DNA of 64,000 bases. Source: a virus. Its lineage: Duplodnaviria; Heunggongvirae; Uroviricota; Caudoviricetes. Of the stretch, positions 36,440 to 45,866 are shown piece after piece. Under the pieces are notes generated by a model, which had not been told where the DNA came from, did not search any database, and saw only the letters and a program-made list of their open reading frames with translations. The stretch covers positions 55,392-119,391 of the IMG/VR virus record IMGVR_UViG_3300036771_000024; one strand, 5' to 3'. Position numbers and translations under genes: made by a program. The first letter of the stretch is position 1, and the number at the start of each line of letters is the position of its first letter.

Positions 36440-36664
36440 ATGAGCCGGGTGCGGCTCACCAGGCAGCAGCGGCGGGCCGCCATGCACCTGTCAGCGTTGA
36501 AGAAGGACGAGTACACGGGGCTGTGGTGCTGCTGGGTGTGCGCCCGGCCCATGGACCCGGTGCTGTACGACAACGGGTTCGCGTCCCATCCGGACTGCGA
36601 CCCCGGTGAGATATCCGAAAGGTTCCCGCCGGAGACAGAACCTGCATGGCTGCGGCTAGCATAG
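36440..36664 (+). CDS. hypothetical protein
   Basis: 74 aa. Confidence 0.4.
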   Translation: MSRVRLTRQQRRAAMHLSALKKDEYTGLWCCWVCARPMDPVLYDNGFASHPDCDPGEISERFPPETEPAWLRLA

Positions 36665-37440
36665 ACCCCGTGATAGCAGCGCTCGCAGTCCACGCGCACC
36701 CGGCCGTGACAGCGCTCGTGATCCACGCGCACCCAGTGATGGCGGCTCTCGTGATCCACGCGCACCCGGCCGTGGCAGCCGCAGCACGTCATGGCGCGCG
36801 CATGCTGATACGCCAGATCGCCGGCTGGTTCGCTGCTGTCCTGACACGCAAACCCTCCGTCACCGTGGTCACCCCGACGTGGGAACGGCGCAGCCTGCTG
36901 ACCCGCCGGTGCATCCCGTCCGTACGGGGGCAGACATACCGTGGCCCTGTGAGCCACGTCATCGTGTCAGACGGGCCCGATGAGGGCCTGGCCGGGGTGG
37001 ATGGGGTGAAGTTCCTGCCCGCGCACGTCCTGGAACAGAACAGGGGGCTGACCGCACGCAGGCACGGCGCTGAACTGGCTGACGGGGAACTGATCGCGTA
37101 CCTCGATGATGATAACGCGTGGCGGCCAGACCACCTCGAAAGGCTGGTCTCCGCTCTGGTCAGGAGCGGTGCTGACTTCGCGTACTCCCGTGCGCTATGC
37201 CATGACAGCGGCCGGACCTGGACGATCGGGCAGTCAGCACCCGTGTTCGGGCAGATCGACACGTCCGTGATCGTGCACCGCCGTGAACTCCTCGGCCTGT
37301 CAACATGGGAGGCGTCCACGGGACCAGCCGACTGGTCGCTGGTGTCCCGGTGGGTCGCTGCCGGTGCGACGTGGGCGCACGTGCCGCACGTGACAATGGA
37401 CTACTATCATCCTGCTGGAGCAGATCATGCAGCCGTTTAA
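36646..37440 (+). CDS. GT2-family glycosyltransferase (start uncertain; ATG at 36802 is alternative)
   Basis: VVTPTWERRSLLTRRCIPSVRGQTY (GT-A N-terminus), YLDDDNAW (DxD), catalytic-base region. Confidence 0.55.
   Translation: MAAASIDPVIAALAVHAHPAVTALVIHAHPVMAALVIHAHPAVAAAARHGARMLIRQIAGWFAAVLTRKPSVTVVTPTWERRSLLTRRCIPSVRGQTYRGPVSHVIVSDGPDEGLAGVDGVKFLPAHVLEQNRGLTARRHGAELADGELIAYLDDDNAWRPDHLERLVSALVRSGADFAYSRALCHDSGRTWTIGQSAPVFGQIDTSVIVHRRELLGLSTWEASTGPADWSLVSRWVAAGATWAHVPHVTMDYYHPAGADHAAV
36664..36770 (+). repeat. 3 tandem copies of a 33-bp unit (GCGCTCG-Y-GRTCCACGCGCACCC-RG-YGRTGRCAG)
   Basis: Read directly; encodes HAHPAVTALVI x3 if translated. Confidence 0.7.
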
Positions 37441-37789
37441 GAGCGTCGAGGAAATAGCAGAATCACTAGGGGTCCTGGATCACGGGCCCGGTGAGTATGA
37501 TTCGATGCGGGAACGGATCGTCCCGATGATCAGCGACTCCGTGAAACGCACGCAGCTGCTGGGCCTGGACCTGATCGGGTGGGACATGATGGTCGTACCG
37601 ATGGCCAACGCGATGCTCATCGGTGTCGCCGTGGCGGTGCGGGGATACGACCTGACGGGGCCCGGTAAGGAACTGATGCAGTTCCGCCCGTTCTCCACGT
37701 GGAAGCCAAGCCAGGAAGAAGTGGACCAGACAGTCGCCGCTATCGTCACGGGCCTGCGGGAGGCACGAGCACAGCAGAAGCAGCGGTGA
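37427..37789 (+). CDS. hypothetical protein
   Basis: 120 aa. Confidence 0.45.
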   Translation: MQPFKSVEEIAESLGVLDHGPGEYDSMRERIVPMISDSVKRTQLLGLDLIGWDMMVVPMANAMLIGVAVAVRGYDLTGPGKELMQFRPFSTWKPSQEEVDQTVAAIVTGLREARAQQKQR

Positions 37790-37980
37790 GCGAAAGGGTG
37801 CAGATCCAGTGCACCTACCCGAACTTCGAGCGCGCCTACCAGTGGGCCGACACGGTGGATGCTTACCGCAGGGAAGACGGGACCGCATGGTTCCGTGTCC
37901 GGTACACCGATGGTGAAGAGTTCGACCTGCCCGCCGGCCGGTTCCTGTGGACCTACGAGTTCAGGACACTAGCCTCTTAG
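37786..37980 (+). CDS. hypothetical protein
   Basis: GTG start; 64 aa. Confidence 0.3.
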   Translation: MSERVQIQCTYPNFERAYQWADTVDAYRREDGTAWFRVRYTDGEEFDLPAGRFLWTYEFRTLAS

Positions 37981-38025
37981 CTGCTACACTCCTGGTCATT
38001 AGCTGCGGCCGGGAGGGCGCGTTAC

Positions 38026-38709
38026 GTGAGAGACCTGTCTGCTGCTTGCGCGGAGCTGACCGACCAGCTCAAGATCTTCGGCGACCCGGAGATAACACAG
38101 GACCGTGCAGACGGCGGGCTCCCCACGGTCGGGTGGATGGTCGTAGACCAGGATATAGAACCAGGACTGGGCCGGGCCGGGGTCCCCGCCACCCGCACAC
38201 CAGGGAACACGGCGGCTCTGAACGCGCAGCTCGACGCGCACGAAATGGTCCGCCGCCTGGAAGCTGCGCTGCGGCTGGCAGTAGCCGGGCATGCGGGCAG
38301 GGCCCGGGGAGGTTCGGACGGGAACACGGCGGCAGCCCTGAAAGCGATCCAGAATCTGGGTGCGGCGCTGCCGCAGGAGGTGAGGGATGCACGGGGGAAA
38401 CTGGTGTGGCCGTGCCAGGAACTCGCGGCCCGCGTGGTGGAACGGGCAGCGTCAGTGATCGGGCAGCTCCCAGCGGTCGATGAGGTCCCCAAATGGACGA
38501 AGATACGACCGGGGCCGGGCGGTCTTCCGCCCCGCTGCCCCAACTGTGAAACGTACAGCCTGCGCGTGGCGCTGGCCTCGGGTGTGGTGGTTTGCGTGTT
38601 CCCCGACTGCGAGGACCTGGACGGGAGGCATCCGCCCCAGGCCCGGATGGACATCAGCAGGATAGACGGCAGGCCCGTCCTGGTGTGGCGTGATGGCCTC
38701 GTCCAGTAA
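38026..38709 (+). CDS. hypothetical protein with C-terminal zinc ribbon
   Basis: CPNCETYSL...CVFPDC. Confidence 0.45.
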   Translation: MRDLSAACAELTDQLKIFGDPEITQDRADGGLPTVGWMVVDQDIEPGLGRAGVPATRTPGNTAALNAQLDAHEMVRRLEAALRLAVAGHAGRARGGSDGNTAAALKAIQNLGAALPQEVRDARGKLVWPCQELAARVVERAASVIGQLPAVDEVPKWTKIRPGPGGLPPRCPNCETYSLRVALASGVVVCVFPDCEDLDGRHPPQARMDISRIDGRPVLVWRDGLVQ

Positions 38710-38917
38710 CGGGCGTACCGGTCTGACAGCCAGGGAGATAGCGGACCTGCTCGACCCGCCTGTCACCACCCGGCAGGTCATGTGCATCGTGCAGCTACTC
38801 GGCCTGAAACCCTGCGGGTACCGCAGGTCAGGCCAGCGTGGCAGGCCAGCCGCCCTGTACGAGCCCGCAGCGGTCATGAAAGTACACGCTGCGCTCGTCC
38901 CGTATCTGCCGGGTTGA
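38690..38917 (+). CDS. small HTH DNA-binding protein (excisionase/MerR-like fold)
   Basis: LTAREIADLLDPPVTTRQVMCIV. Confidence 0.35.
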   Translation: MMASSSNGRTGLTAREIADLLDPPVTTRQVMCIVQLLGLKPCGYRRSGQRGRPAALYEPAAVMKVHAALVPYLPG

Positions 38918-38972
38918 AGCACCCGCGTTCGCGCACCGGGCACCGGGCCCGGTGCGCGAACGTGGAAGCTCC

Positions 38973-39878
38973 TTACTTATTGATCTGGAGGCCGCTGGAC
39001 TGGCCCGGGAAGCACCCCATGGGAGATTCCTTGTTGATCTCCACGTCCTTGAGGCACTGGGCGACCAGCTCGTTGACGGTCGGGTTCCCCAGGTTCTTGT
39101 ACGCCGTGGCGTTGGCCGTGTTGACCTTCTCGTTCTCCGTGGCGATCGTCGCGTTGGTGTACGCGGTCTGGATCTTGATCAGGTTGTTCTCGATCGCCGT
39201 GCTGTAGGTGATACGCGGCAGGTACACGGCGATCACGTTGACCTGGCCGCCGATGTCGGTCCGCATGGTCCGCAGGATGTCCGGACCGAACGCGGTGAAC
39301 TGGCTGGTGTTGGCGTTGCTGTTCACGGTGTTCTTGTAATCCGTGATCGGGTCGTAGTCACCGAGCTGGTTATTAACCACGACCTCCAGCTCCCGTACGA
39401 CCAGCGCGTTCTGGATTGCGTTCATGAGATCGCTGCGGTTCGCGTAGTCGGAGAACAGCGAACCTGCTGCACCAGACTTCACCCGGTACTGGATGGTGAC
39501 CTTCGCGCACGCGGGCTGCTGACCCCCGATACGGATGGGCAGCTCACCGCCGCACTGCGCGGTCCCTGGCAGCTGGCTCCCGTTCTCGAACGTGACCGTC
39601 TGTATGGTCTGGTCGATGATCGCCAGGTGCAGGAACGGGTTCCACGTCTCGTGCGCACCGGAGTTGTAGAACCCCTTCCCCACATGACCCAGTGACACCG
39701 GGACACCGACCGACTTGGCCGGGACCGATTTGATCCCGGACACGGCGAACGCACCGAACCCCAGCAGGGCACACAGGACCGCGCTCGCTGCGTACGCGGG
39801 TTTGTAATCGGAGGCCAGCAACGCGGCCCCGATGAGGATCAGCATGACCACCCACAGGATGATCGCTACGACAAACAT
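38973..39878 (-). CDS. SPFH/band-7-like membrane protein
   Basis: N-terminal TM helix; core resembles stomatin/prohibitin/HflK fold (…VTFENGSQLP…IRIGG…VTIQYRV…ALVVRELEVVVNNQLG…); slightly lower GC than surroundings. Confidence 0.45.
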   Translation of the reverse strand: MFVVAIILWVVMLILIGAALLASDYKPAYAASAVLCALLGFGAFAVSGIKSVPAKSVGVPVSLGHVGKGFYNSGAHETWNPFLHLAIIDQTIQTVTFENGSQLPGTAQCGGELPIRIGGQQPACAKVTIQYRVKSGAAGSLFSDYANRSDLMNAIQNALVVRELEVVVNNQLGDYDPITDYKNTVNSNANTSQFTAFGPDILRTMRTDIGGQVNVIAVYLPRITYSTAIENNLIKIQTAYTNATIATENEKVNTANATAYKNLGNPTVNELVAQCLKDVEINKESPMGCFPGQSSGLQINK

Positions 39879-40101
39879 CTAACTCTTCTCCTTCTTCCAG
39901 GTGGTCTAGCTGATCATCCGCCTTCACCTGGTCGACCCGGCGGATGAAATCTTCCAGCTCAGCCTGACTGGCGAGCTGATGTTTCCTCGCTGCTAGCTCC
40001 CTGCGGCGTCTGGCACGCGGCAGGGCCACCATGAGGAACCCCACCACGGCGGCGAGACCCAGGATGGCAGCGAGGACGCTGACGATGAGGTACTCGATCA
40101 T
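39544..40101 (-). CDS. small membrane protein; only first ~75 aa protein-like, 3' end unresolved (ORF runs into SPFH gene in another frame)
   Basis: MIEYLIVSVLAAILGLAAVVGFLMVAL TM; no stop before SPFH start. Confidence 0.25.
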   Translation of the reverse strand: MIEYLIVSVLAAILGLAAVVGFLMVALPRARRRRELAARKHQLASQAELEDFIRRVDQVKADDQLDHLEEGEELDVCRSDHPVGGHADPHRGRVAGLRLQTRVRSERGPVCPAGVRCVRRVRDQIGPGQVGRCPGVTGSCGEGVLQLRCARDVEPVPAPGDHRPDHTDGHVREREPAARDRAVRR

Positions 40102-40607
40102 CAGGATGCTGACGCGGCCGGGTCCGGGTCAGGTACAACCTCGGGCTCACCCCTGCCGCCCCACTTGCAGTACGGGCACCACGGATACAGCCGCCGGTGC
40201 GTGTGCGTCATGGTGAACGTGACGCCGATCAGCAGGAACGCGACCACGTTGATCGCGTAAGCCCACCAGTGGTGACCGCCGACCCATGGCCCGGCGAAGA
40301 ACCACACGATAATCGCGAACGTCAGGATCTTGACGACCCGCATGTGGTGGTACAGGCGCAGGAACCGGTCCCAACGGGTCACTGCCTTCTGCGGGTCCAG
40401 CGGGGTAGCAGCGATGCACCGTTCGCACAGCCGCTCCTCGTGGTAGGAGAAGTCGAGGATGACGGTCGCGAACCAGAGGATCCACACACCGGACACCACC
40501 CACGAAAAGACCCCGTTGTCACCACCCGGCCTCCCGGCCGCGTTGTAGAACACGATCAGCGCGACAGCGGGTATCATGACGCGGATGCTGTAATGACCGG
40601 CCCACAT
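40101..40607 (-). CDS. polytopic membrane protein
   Basis: 4-5 hydrophobic helices. Confidence 0.45.
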   Translation of the reverse strand: MWAGHYSIRVMIPAVALIVFYNAAGRPGGDNGVFSWVVSGVWILWFATVILDFSYHEERLCERCIAATPLDPQKAVTRWDRFLRLYHHMRVVKILTFAIIVWFFAGPWVGGHHWWAYAINVVAFLLIGVTFTMTHTHRRLYPWCPYCKWGGRGEPEVVPDPDPAASAS

Positions 40608-40810
40608 CAGGAACCTGTTATCGTGCCGCGGCCCCTCCTGAACAGCCACGGCTACCACCTCCCTGCCGGGTCGGTCTTGCGGTGACACTGCGTGCATTTC
40701 CTGCGCTTGCAGTGCACGATCCTGACGGTCACGCCACTCTGGCCCCCGGTCTTGACCTTGCAGTGCGGACCGCAGTCCTTTGTCAGCACTGGATCTTTCA
40801 CGACTACCTC

Positions 40811-41320
40811 CTAACGCTGGCGGCGGTTCCGCCGCCGCTCAGCTCTCGCCGCCCGTTCCTGGCGCTTACGCTGAGCGGTGACCCGCCGCTTCTCAGCCTT
40901 ATCGCGCTTCTCACGGGCCTTACGTTCCTTCTCCTGCTTGCGCTGCTGCTGCTGCCGCGTGCGGAGGGTAGCGGCAGTGGTCTCCTGCCGCTTACGCTCA
41001 GCGTCGTGCTCTCGCCGCGCTTCGCGTTCCTGCGCTTGCCTCGCCTGACGTTCGCGACGGTCCCGGTCCTTCTTCTCCCGGTCCTCACGCGCCTGCCTGG
41101 CATCCCGCTCGCGTTTCTCCTGCGCCTTCTTCTTGATCTCCTCGGCCTGCTCGACCAGCTCTTGCGCCCGTGCGTTTTTCGCACGCTGCCGGGTCAGCCG
41201 CTCAGCTACGCTCGTGGCACGTTCAGCCGCGTCGATCTGAGCGCGGAGCTTGTCACGCACGCTCGGGTTCAGCTCAATATCAAACGCACGCTGAAGCTTC
41301 CTGGTTCTCTTGCTGGGCAT
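40811..41320 (-). CDS. highly charged K/R/E-rich coiled-coil protein
   Basis: 169 aa, >50% charged residues. Confidence 0.45.
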   Translation of the reverse strand: MPSKRTRKLQRAFDIELNPSVRDKLRAQIDAAERATSVAERLTRQRAKNARAQELVEQAEEIKKKAQEKRERDARQAREDREKKDRDRRERQARQAQEREARREHDAERKRQETTAATLRTRQQQQRKQEKERKAREKRDKAEKRRVTAQRKRQERAARAERRRNRRQR

Positions 41321-41331
41321 AACGGTGCCTC

Positions 41332-41655
41332 CTAACCCCAGAACCCCTTGGCCTTACGCTCCGCTTTCTTCTGTGCTTTCTTTTCCCGCCGCTTATCACC
41401 CTTCGCGATTGCCTTAGCCTTGAACTTCTTACCGCTGGCCGCGTTCGGCGGGTTGAGCGCCAGGATCTTAGCCCGCTTAACGTCCCGGTCCTCTTGCTTC
41501 TTACGGGCCTTCTGCTCCTGTATCTCCTTCTTGCGAGCCTTGGCCTTCTTCGCCTGGATCTGGCTGGCGTCGCCTCGGTAGGTGCTTTTACGGGCCTTGA
41601 TCTTGTCGTTGACGACTTTCTCGATCGAGCCCTTGGATGGTCCGAAAATCCCCAC
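41332..41655 (-). CDS. lysine-rich basic protein (histone-tail-like)
   Basis: KKAKARKK, KKAQKKAERKAKG repeats. Confidence 0.45.
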   Translation of the reverse strand: MGIFGPSKGSIEKVVNDKIKARKSTYRGDASQIQAKKAKARKKEIQEQKARKKQEDRDVKRAKILALNPPNAASGKKFKAKAIAKGDKRREKKAQKKAERKAKGFWG

Positions 41656-41670
41656 GATCTTCTCCTTTCC

Positions 41671-42015
41671 CTAATCTTCGTCCTCGTCCTGGTCGCTGTC
41701 GGCCATGGTTTCCCGCTCGGCTACCGCCTCAGCGAGCAGAGTCTCGGCGTTCCGCGCGGCCTGCTTCATGATCTGGCGGGATGACATGACATGCATCTCA
41801 ATCAGGTGCGCCATGTCAGCCAGCATGAACCGCCGCAGCTCGTCAGCGGCACCATCGACGGTGATCTCATCGTCACGCAGCTTGCGGCGCAGCTCCTTCC
41901 GCAGTTCGTCGTATCGTTCCTCCGAGTCACCGGCAGGGTCCGCCTCGCGTATCTTCCGGGTCGCTTCACCGATGGAAGACCGGGCCAGCAGCTCCCTGAA
42001 TTCCTCAGTAGGCAT
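41671..42015 (-). CDS. acidic hypothetical protein
   Basis: C-terminal DSDQDEDED. Confidence 0.45.
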   Translation of the reverse strand: MPTEEFRELLARSSIGEATRKIREADPAGDSEERYDELRKELRRKLRDDEITVDGAADELRRFMLADMAHLIEMHVMSSRQIMKQAARNAETLLAEAVAERETMADSDQDEDED

Positions 42016-42024
42016 GGTCTTCTC

Positions 42025-42108
42025 CTAGCGGGGGAATTTGTGCCCGCAGTTCGGGCACTTCCGGTAGGCGGAGAGGATGAGCGCATGACACTCCGGGCAT
42101 TCTTTCAC
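42025..42108 (-). CDS. zinc-ribbon microprotein (27 aa)
   Basis: KECPECHALILSAYRKCPNCGHKFPR with AGGAGG RBS. Confidence 0.3.
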   Translation of the reverse strand: MKECPECHALILSAYRKCPNCGHKFPR

Positions 42109-42335
42109 TGTTCTTCCTCCTTGATTTCGTGGAGAGCATGCAACGTCACTCCCCTGTACCGGGCCACGATCCCCTGATGATCCAGGACTGACCTTGGCAC
42201 AGCCAGTATGGTCCGGTCCTCGTGGTCTGCGGCGCACTTCTCCGCCGCGGTTTCCTCAGCCTCGATCAGGTCGGTGAATACCTGCGGTAGTCCCTTGAAC
42301 ATGATGAACACCATGCGTTCGTCCTGACCTGCCAT
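42105..42335 (-). CDS. hypothetical protein
   Basis: 76 aa. Confidence 0.4.
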   Translation of the reverse strand: MAGQDERMVFIMFKGLPQVFTDLIEAEETAAEKCAADHEDRTILAVPRSVLDHQGIVARYRGVTLHALHEIKEEEQ

Positions 42336-42338
42336 GAT

Positions 42339-42695
42339 CTACCCCTTATCCTGATCGCAGTTGCACCCGTCGTAGTAGGTGGGGCAGTTCCAGGGGATAC
42401 GGTGATTCCCGGGCTGAGCAGCAGCGGCGTAGTGGTAGAGACACTTAACCGGGTCAGGATGGTGGGGGTCGCAGGTGCAGCCGCCGGTCTCACTCGTAGT
42501 GAGCTGGATGCCGTGGCTGACCTTGATGTCGATGAGGGATTTCAGGTAGCTAGCCCTGGCGCTGGTCAGCGCCCTGGTGCCAGCGGCTTCACGCCGGATG
42601 GTGTCCTGGCCCGTCCAGACTACGACCTGGTGGGCTAGCCGGAGCAGGTGCTCCAGCTCTGTGACGCTCAGCGTCTCGTCGGTGTCGTCTTTCAC
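42339..42695 (-). CDS. hypothetical protein with Cys/His-rich C-terminus
   Basis: GTG start at VKDDTDE; CTCDPHH...CLYH...CPTYYDGCNCD. Confidence 0.4.
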   Translation of the reverse strand: MKDDTDETLSVTELEHLLRLAHQVVVWTGQDTIRREAAGTRALTSARASYLKSLIDIKVSHGIQLTTSETGGCTCDPHHPDPVKCLYHYAAAAQPGNHRIPWNCPTYYDGCNCDQDKG

Positions 42696-42881
42696 GATTG
42701 CTTGTCCTTTCCTGGTCGTTCCCCGCCGACCCTCCCAGCTGTGAACAGGGAGGGGCGACGGCCAGCGACCAGCGCTGTGCCCCATGCCGCGGATCAGGTT
42801 CGCTGGCGGATATCACATCCAGCCGACCAGTCTCCCGCACGGTCTCGCATCGGTTGTCACTCGGGGCGAGCATCCCCCGGC

Positions 42882-43805
42882 TTAATGTGGTGCTGCCGGG
42901 CCTACCAGGTTGAGCCACGCCCCGCCACCAGCGAACGCCAGCGTGAAGAACGCGACGATGAGCAGGACCCGTATGAGCCACGGGTTCCTCTTCGTCAGGG
43001 CGGGCCTGTTCTTCATCAGCCACCGGACACGCAGCCGGTGTGCTGGCGTACCGATCACATGGCCCTGGCTCAGCGTCAGGATCGATTCGGACTGGAGCTT
43101 CGCCGCGGACCGCTCAGCGAAGAACCACTGGATATCATCAGCGATCCTCTGGATGAAGAACTTGGCGGCCAGGCCACCGAGGATCCCCATGATGATGGTG
43201 ATCCACGTGCCCGCCTGGATCCACCCGTTGATCTCAGACGCCCACACACCCCAGTCCGCCGGGACCTTCCAGCCGTGCTGCATGAGCCACGGCAGCTTCC
43301 ACGCCAGCACGCCCACCAGGCTGATGGGGATGAGCGCTGCACCGATCGCCAGCGGTATAGATGTCAGGTAACCCCTGACCCCCGGGTTGTCATCGACCGG
43401 GTACTTGGGCTTCGTGAACAGCAGCGTCACGATGATGGTCGCGATCAGGGCGATACCCACGTCCCTGATATCGTGCCGCATCGTGATCCACCACAGCGGC
43501 TCACCCTGATGGGCCGCGTCGTAGATCCCGAGGTGGAACAGGTTGGAGATATGCGGCGGGAGCCGATCCCACGGGTCGGTCAGGCTGATGACGTTGTGAT
43601 GCCAGTTCGCCTTGTCGTAGTAGATCGGGTACCGGAGCTGGAACGTTACGAAGTACGCGAAGCTGACCGCCCACTTGACGATGTGGGAGATCACCGGTGT
43701 CCAGAACACCAGTGATTCCAGGCCCAGCCATGAGATCAGCTTGATCTGGGGAATGTCCAGCCGTGCCCGTTTCGGTCTGGGCGTGTCGACCGGTACCGCT
43801 GTCAT
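42882..43805 (-). CDS. polytopic membrane protein
   Basis: 307 aa, >=6 TM helices. Confidence 0.5.
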   Translation of the reverse strand: MTAVPVDTPRPKRARLDIPQIKLISWLGLESLVFWTPVISHIVKWAVSFAYFVTFQLRYPIYYDKANWHHNVISLTDPWDRLPPHISNLFHLGIYDAAHQGEPLWWITMRHDIRDVGIALIATIIVTLLFTKPKYPVDDNPGVRGYLTSIPLAIGAALIPISLVGVLAWKLPWLMQHGWKVPADWGVWASEINGWIQAGTWITIIMGILGGLAAKFFIQRIADDIQWFFAERSAAKLQSESILTLSQGHVIGTPAHRLRVRWLMKNRPALTKRNPWLIRVLLIVAFFTLAFAGGGAWLNLVGPAAPH

Positions 43806-44020
43806 GACGGCACCGTCGATTCGACCGTGACCACGCAGGATTCACCGGTTGGTTCATCCTCGTCATCCTCTGCGTACTCACGGGGGAACGTGATGATGTA
43901 CTTGTTTTCGCTGATCTGGGTCAGCTTGGCGTCCGGTCCGCTCAGTTCATCCCAGAACCCGGACCCGGAGTGGGCCTCGGCGTCGATCTGCTCAGCGACG
44001 CGCTGCGCGAAGCTGGTCAT
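43802..44020 (-). CDS. hypothetical acidic protein
   Basis: 72 aa. Confidence 0.4.
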   Translation of the reverse strand: MTSFAQRVAEQIDAEAHSGSGFWDELSGPDAKLTQISENKYIITFPREYAEDDEDEPTGESCVVTVESTVPS

Positions 44021-44502
44021 GACGACGACTTAGCCGCTGGCGGGGTCGGGACCGGTACGGTGATATGCGGTGTCGCCGATGAGGTCACGCCCGGTATGGA
44101 CGGCTGACCCTTCCCCACGCCCTGTGCGCCCTGCGCGAGGGCGTACGTGGCGATTCCGTCGATCCACGCGGTCTGAGCCGGGCCCTTCTTGGCTGCCTTC
44201 AGCGTGAAGGTGTGCACGCCGTAGTTCACGATCTTCTTGCCGTCGCCACTAGGGAACGTGTCCTGCATGGCTTTCTTCGCTGACGCGTACGGGTGCGCAG
44301 CGGTGAAGTCCTTCTTGAGGTTGGCGAGCAGCTGCGCCTCCAGCTTGGCCTTGTCCTGCTGGTAGGCAGGGTTCGCCGCCAGCGAACTAGCCGCTGCACG
44401 GGCTGACGCTGACGCAGCCCCGGGTGAGGATGACGAGCACCCGGCACCCGCTAGTGCCGCAGCGACGATCACCGCTGCTGCTAGCCCTGTTCTTGCATGC
44501 AT
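44017..44502 (-). CDS. lipoprotein
   Basis: Signal peptide with lipobox LAGAGC. Confidence 0.5.
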   Translation of the reverse strand: MHARTGLAAAVIVAAALAGAGCSSSSPGAASASARAAASSLAANPAYQQDKAKLEAQLLANLKKDFTAAHPYASAKKAMQDTFPSGDGKKIVNYGVHTFTLKAAKKGPAQTAWIDGIATYALAQGAQGVGKGQPSIPGVTSSATPHITVPVPTPPAAKSSS

Positions 44503-45039
44503 GACATTCTCCTTCTGTCGTGGAACGTGGCCGTTCCCCGCGCACCCTCCCCGCGCATGCCGGGGAGGGGTCACGGCCAGCGGCCACGCCGCTGGCATCA
44601 GGCAGGACAGATCACCCTTGTGCCACGGGCTGTCCGGGTCGTGACTGGCGCACCGGACCTGCCTGCCTGAGCTGGTGCTACGACCAGGTGTCCTGCATCG
44701 GGTTCGATGAAGACAGCCTGGCTTCCAGGCCGCCGAGGAGCGGCCAGACGAACTTGTCGCTGGCGGCCATCACGGCCATCGTCTCACTGCCATGCGGATT
44801 GGTGTACGTCATGGTTTCTTCCCGTTCTGGTTGGGGTCAGGCTTCTTATGCTTACCGACGTACCCGGCCTTCTTTTTCTTCTTGTCGGCCTGACCGGGCT
44901 TCCGTCGTGGATCTTTACGCGGCGGCAGCGGAGGCATAAGCCTGTCCTTTCTGTGTGCGCACCGAGTATAACAATGGAACGTGTGCGCTGATCGTTCCCC
45001 GCAGCACCCCGTCCCCTGGGTGCCACGGCCAGCGATCAG

Positions 45040-45339
45040 TCACTCATCTGGCGCGAACTCACCAGTGCCGTTGACAAAATCCCGGCCACTGTCCGTGACC
45101 GGTTTCAGCGTCCCGATGTCCTGTTCCTCTCCCAGCAGCCGCGTGGCCGCCGCGTACGCTTCAGCGCTTGTCATCGATGAAGGACCCAGGTTGTGCAAGA
45201 GACCCGCTTCAACGGCAACAGCCAGGATTTTGCTGCGAACCTCCCCGTCTGGCAGGTCCCACGCCTTGTAAATCGCTCGTGACTGCGTGAACCACCAGTA
45301 GTCGGGTGCCTTGATGATCCCTGCATACTTCTCTTCCAA
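45040..45339 (-). CDS. hypothetical protein
   Basis: 99 aa. Confidence 0.4.
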   Translation of the reverse strand: MEEKYAGIIKAPDYWWFTQSRAIYKAWDLPDGEVRSKILAVAVEAGLLHNLGPSSMTSAEAYAAATRLLGEEQDIGTLKPVTDSGRDFVNGTGEFAPDE

Positions 45340-45351
45340 TGATCCTCTCTT

Positions 45352-45678
45352 CTATGGTTCCGGTCTCTCACCCTGCGGATCGGCGAACATGGGCAGGTCG
45401 TCAACATCATCGACGCCATCCGGGCAGTCAGCATCGTAGTACCTGCCCTGGTAGGCCAGCACGCAATGGTCAGAGGTGGGCCACACCGGGTACGAACCCT
45501 CGATCAGCTCGGCTGCACGCCCAGCCCACTGCGCGCAGTACCCGTCGTTGATGTCCCACACGAGCGGGTCATACCTTACGCCGTGTCCGATCGTCGGATA
45601 GAACCCGTCACGGCGCATCTCGGTCAGCAACTGTTCCGTTACCTGATCCAGGATGCGCCGGACTTCGGCTGGGGTCAT
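45352..45678 (-). CDS. hypothetical protein
   Basis: 108 aa. Confidence 0.4.
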   Translation of the reverse strand: MTPAEVRRILDQVTEQLLTEMRRDGFYPTIGHGVRYDPLVWDINDGYCAQWAGRAAELIEGSYPVWPTSDHCVLAYQGRYYDADCPDGVDDVDDLPMFADPQGERPEP

Positions 45679-45866
45679 TCATCCCCTTGATCTGTTCCAC
45701 CGGATTCCCCCCTGTTGCGGGAATCCAGCAGGCTGATAACCTCAGCGATGTCGTGCACGGGACAGTCCGGGTCCATGTCGAGGGCGGTCATGTCGTGATC
45801 CTCGAACACCCCGCTCAGCTCCGGTATCTCAACCTCGGTGCACGTGCACCCTTCTGGCTTGCTCAC
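45675..45866 (-). CDS. hypothetical acidic protein
   Basis: 63 aa. Confidence 0.35.
   Translation of the reverse strand: MSKPEGCTCTEVEIPELSGVFEDHDMTALDMDPDCPVHDIAEVISLLDSRNRGESGGTDQGDE

Noticed and set aside
36646-36801. N-terminal 52 codons of GT2 ORF as genuine protein sequence
   Set aside because: Not rejected outright, but the region is a 3x33-bp DNA tandem repeat and a good ATG lies at 36802; start left uncertain.
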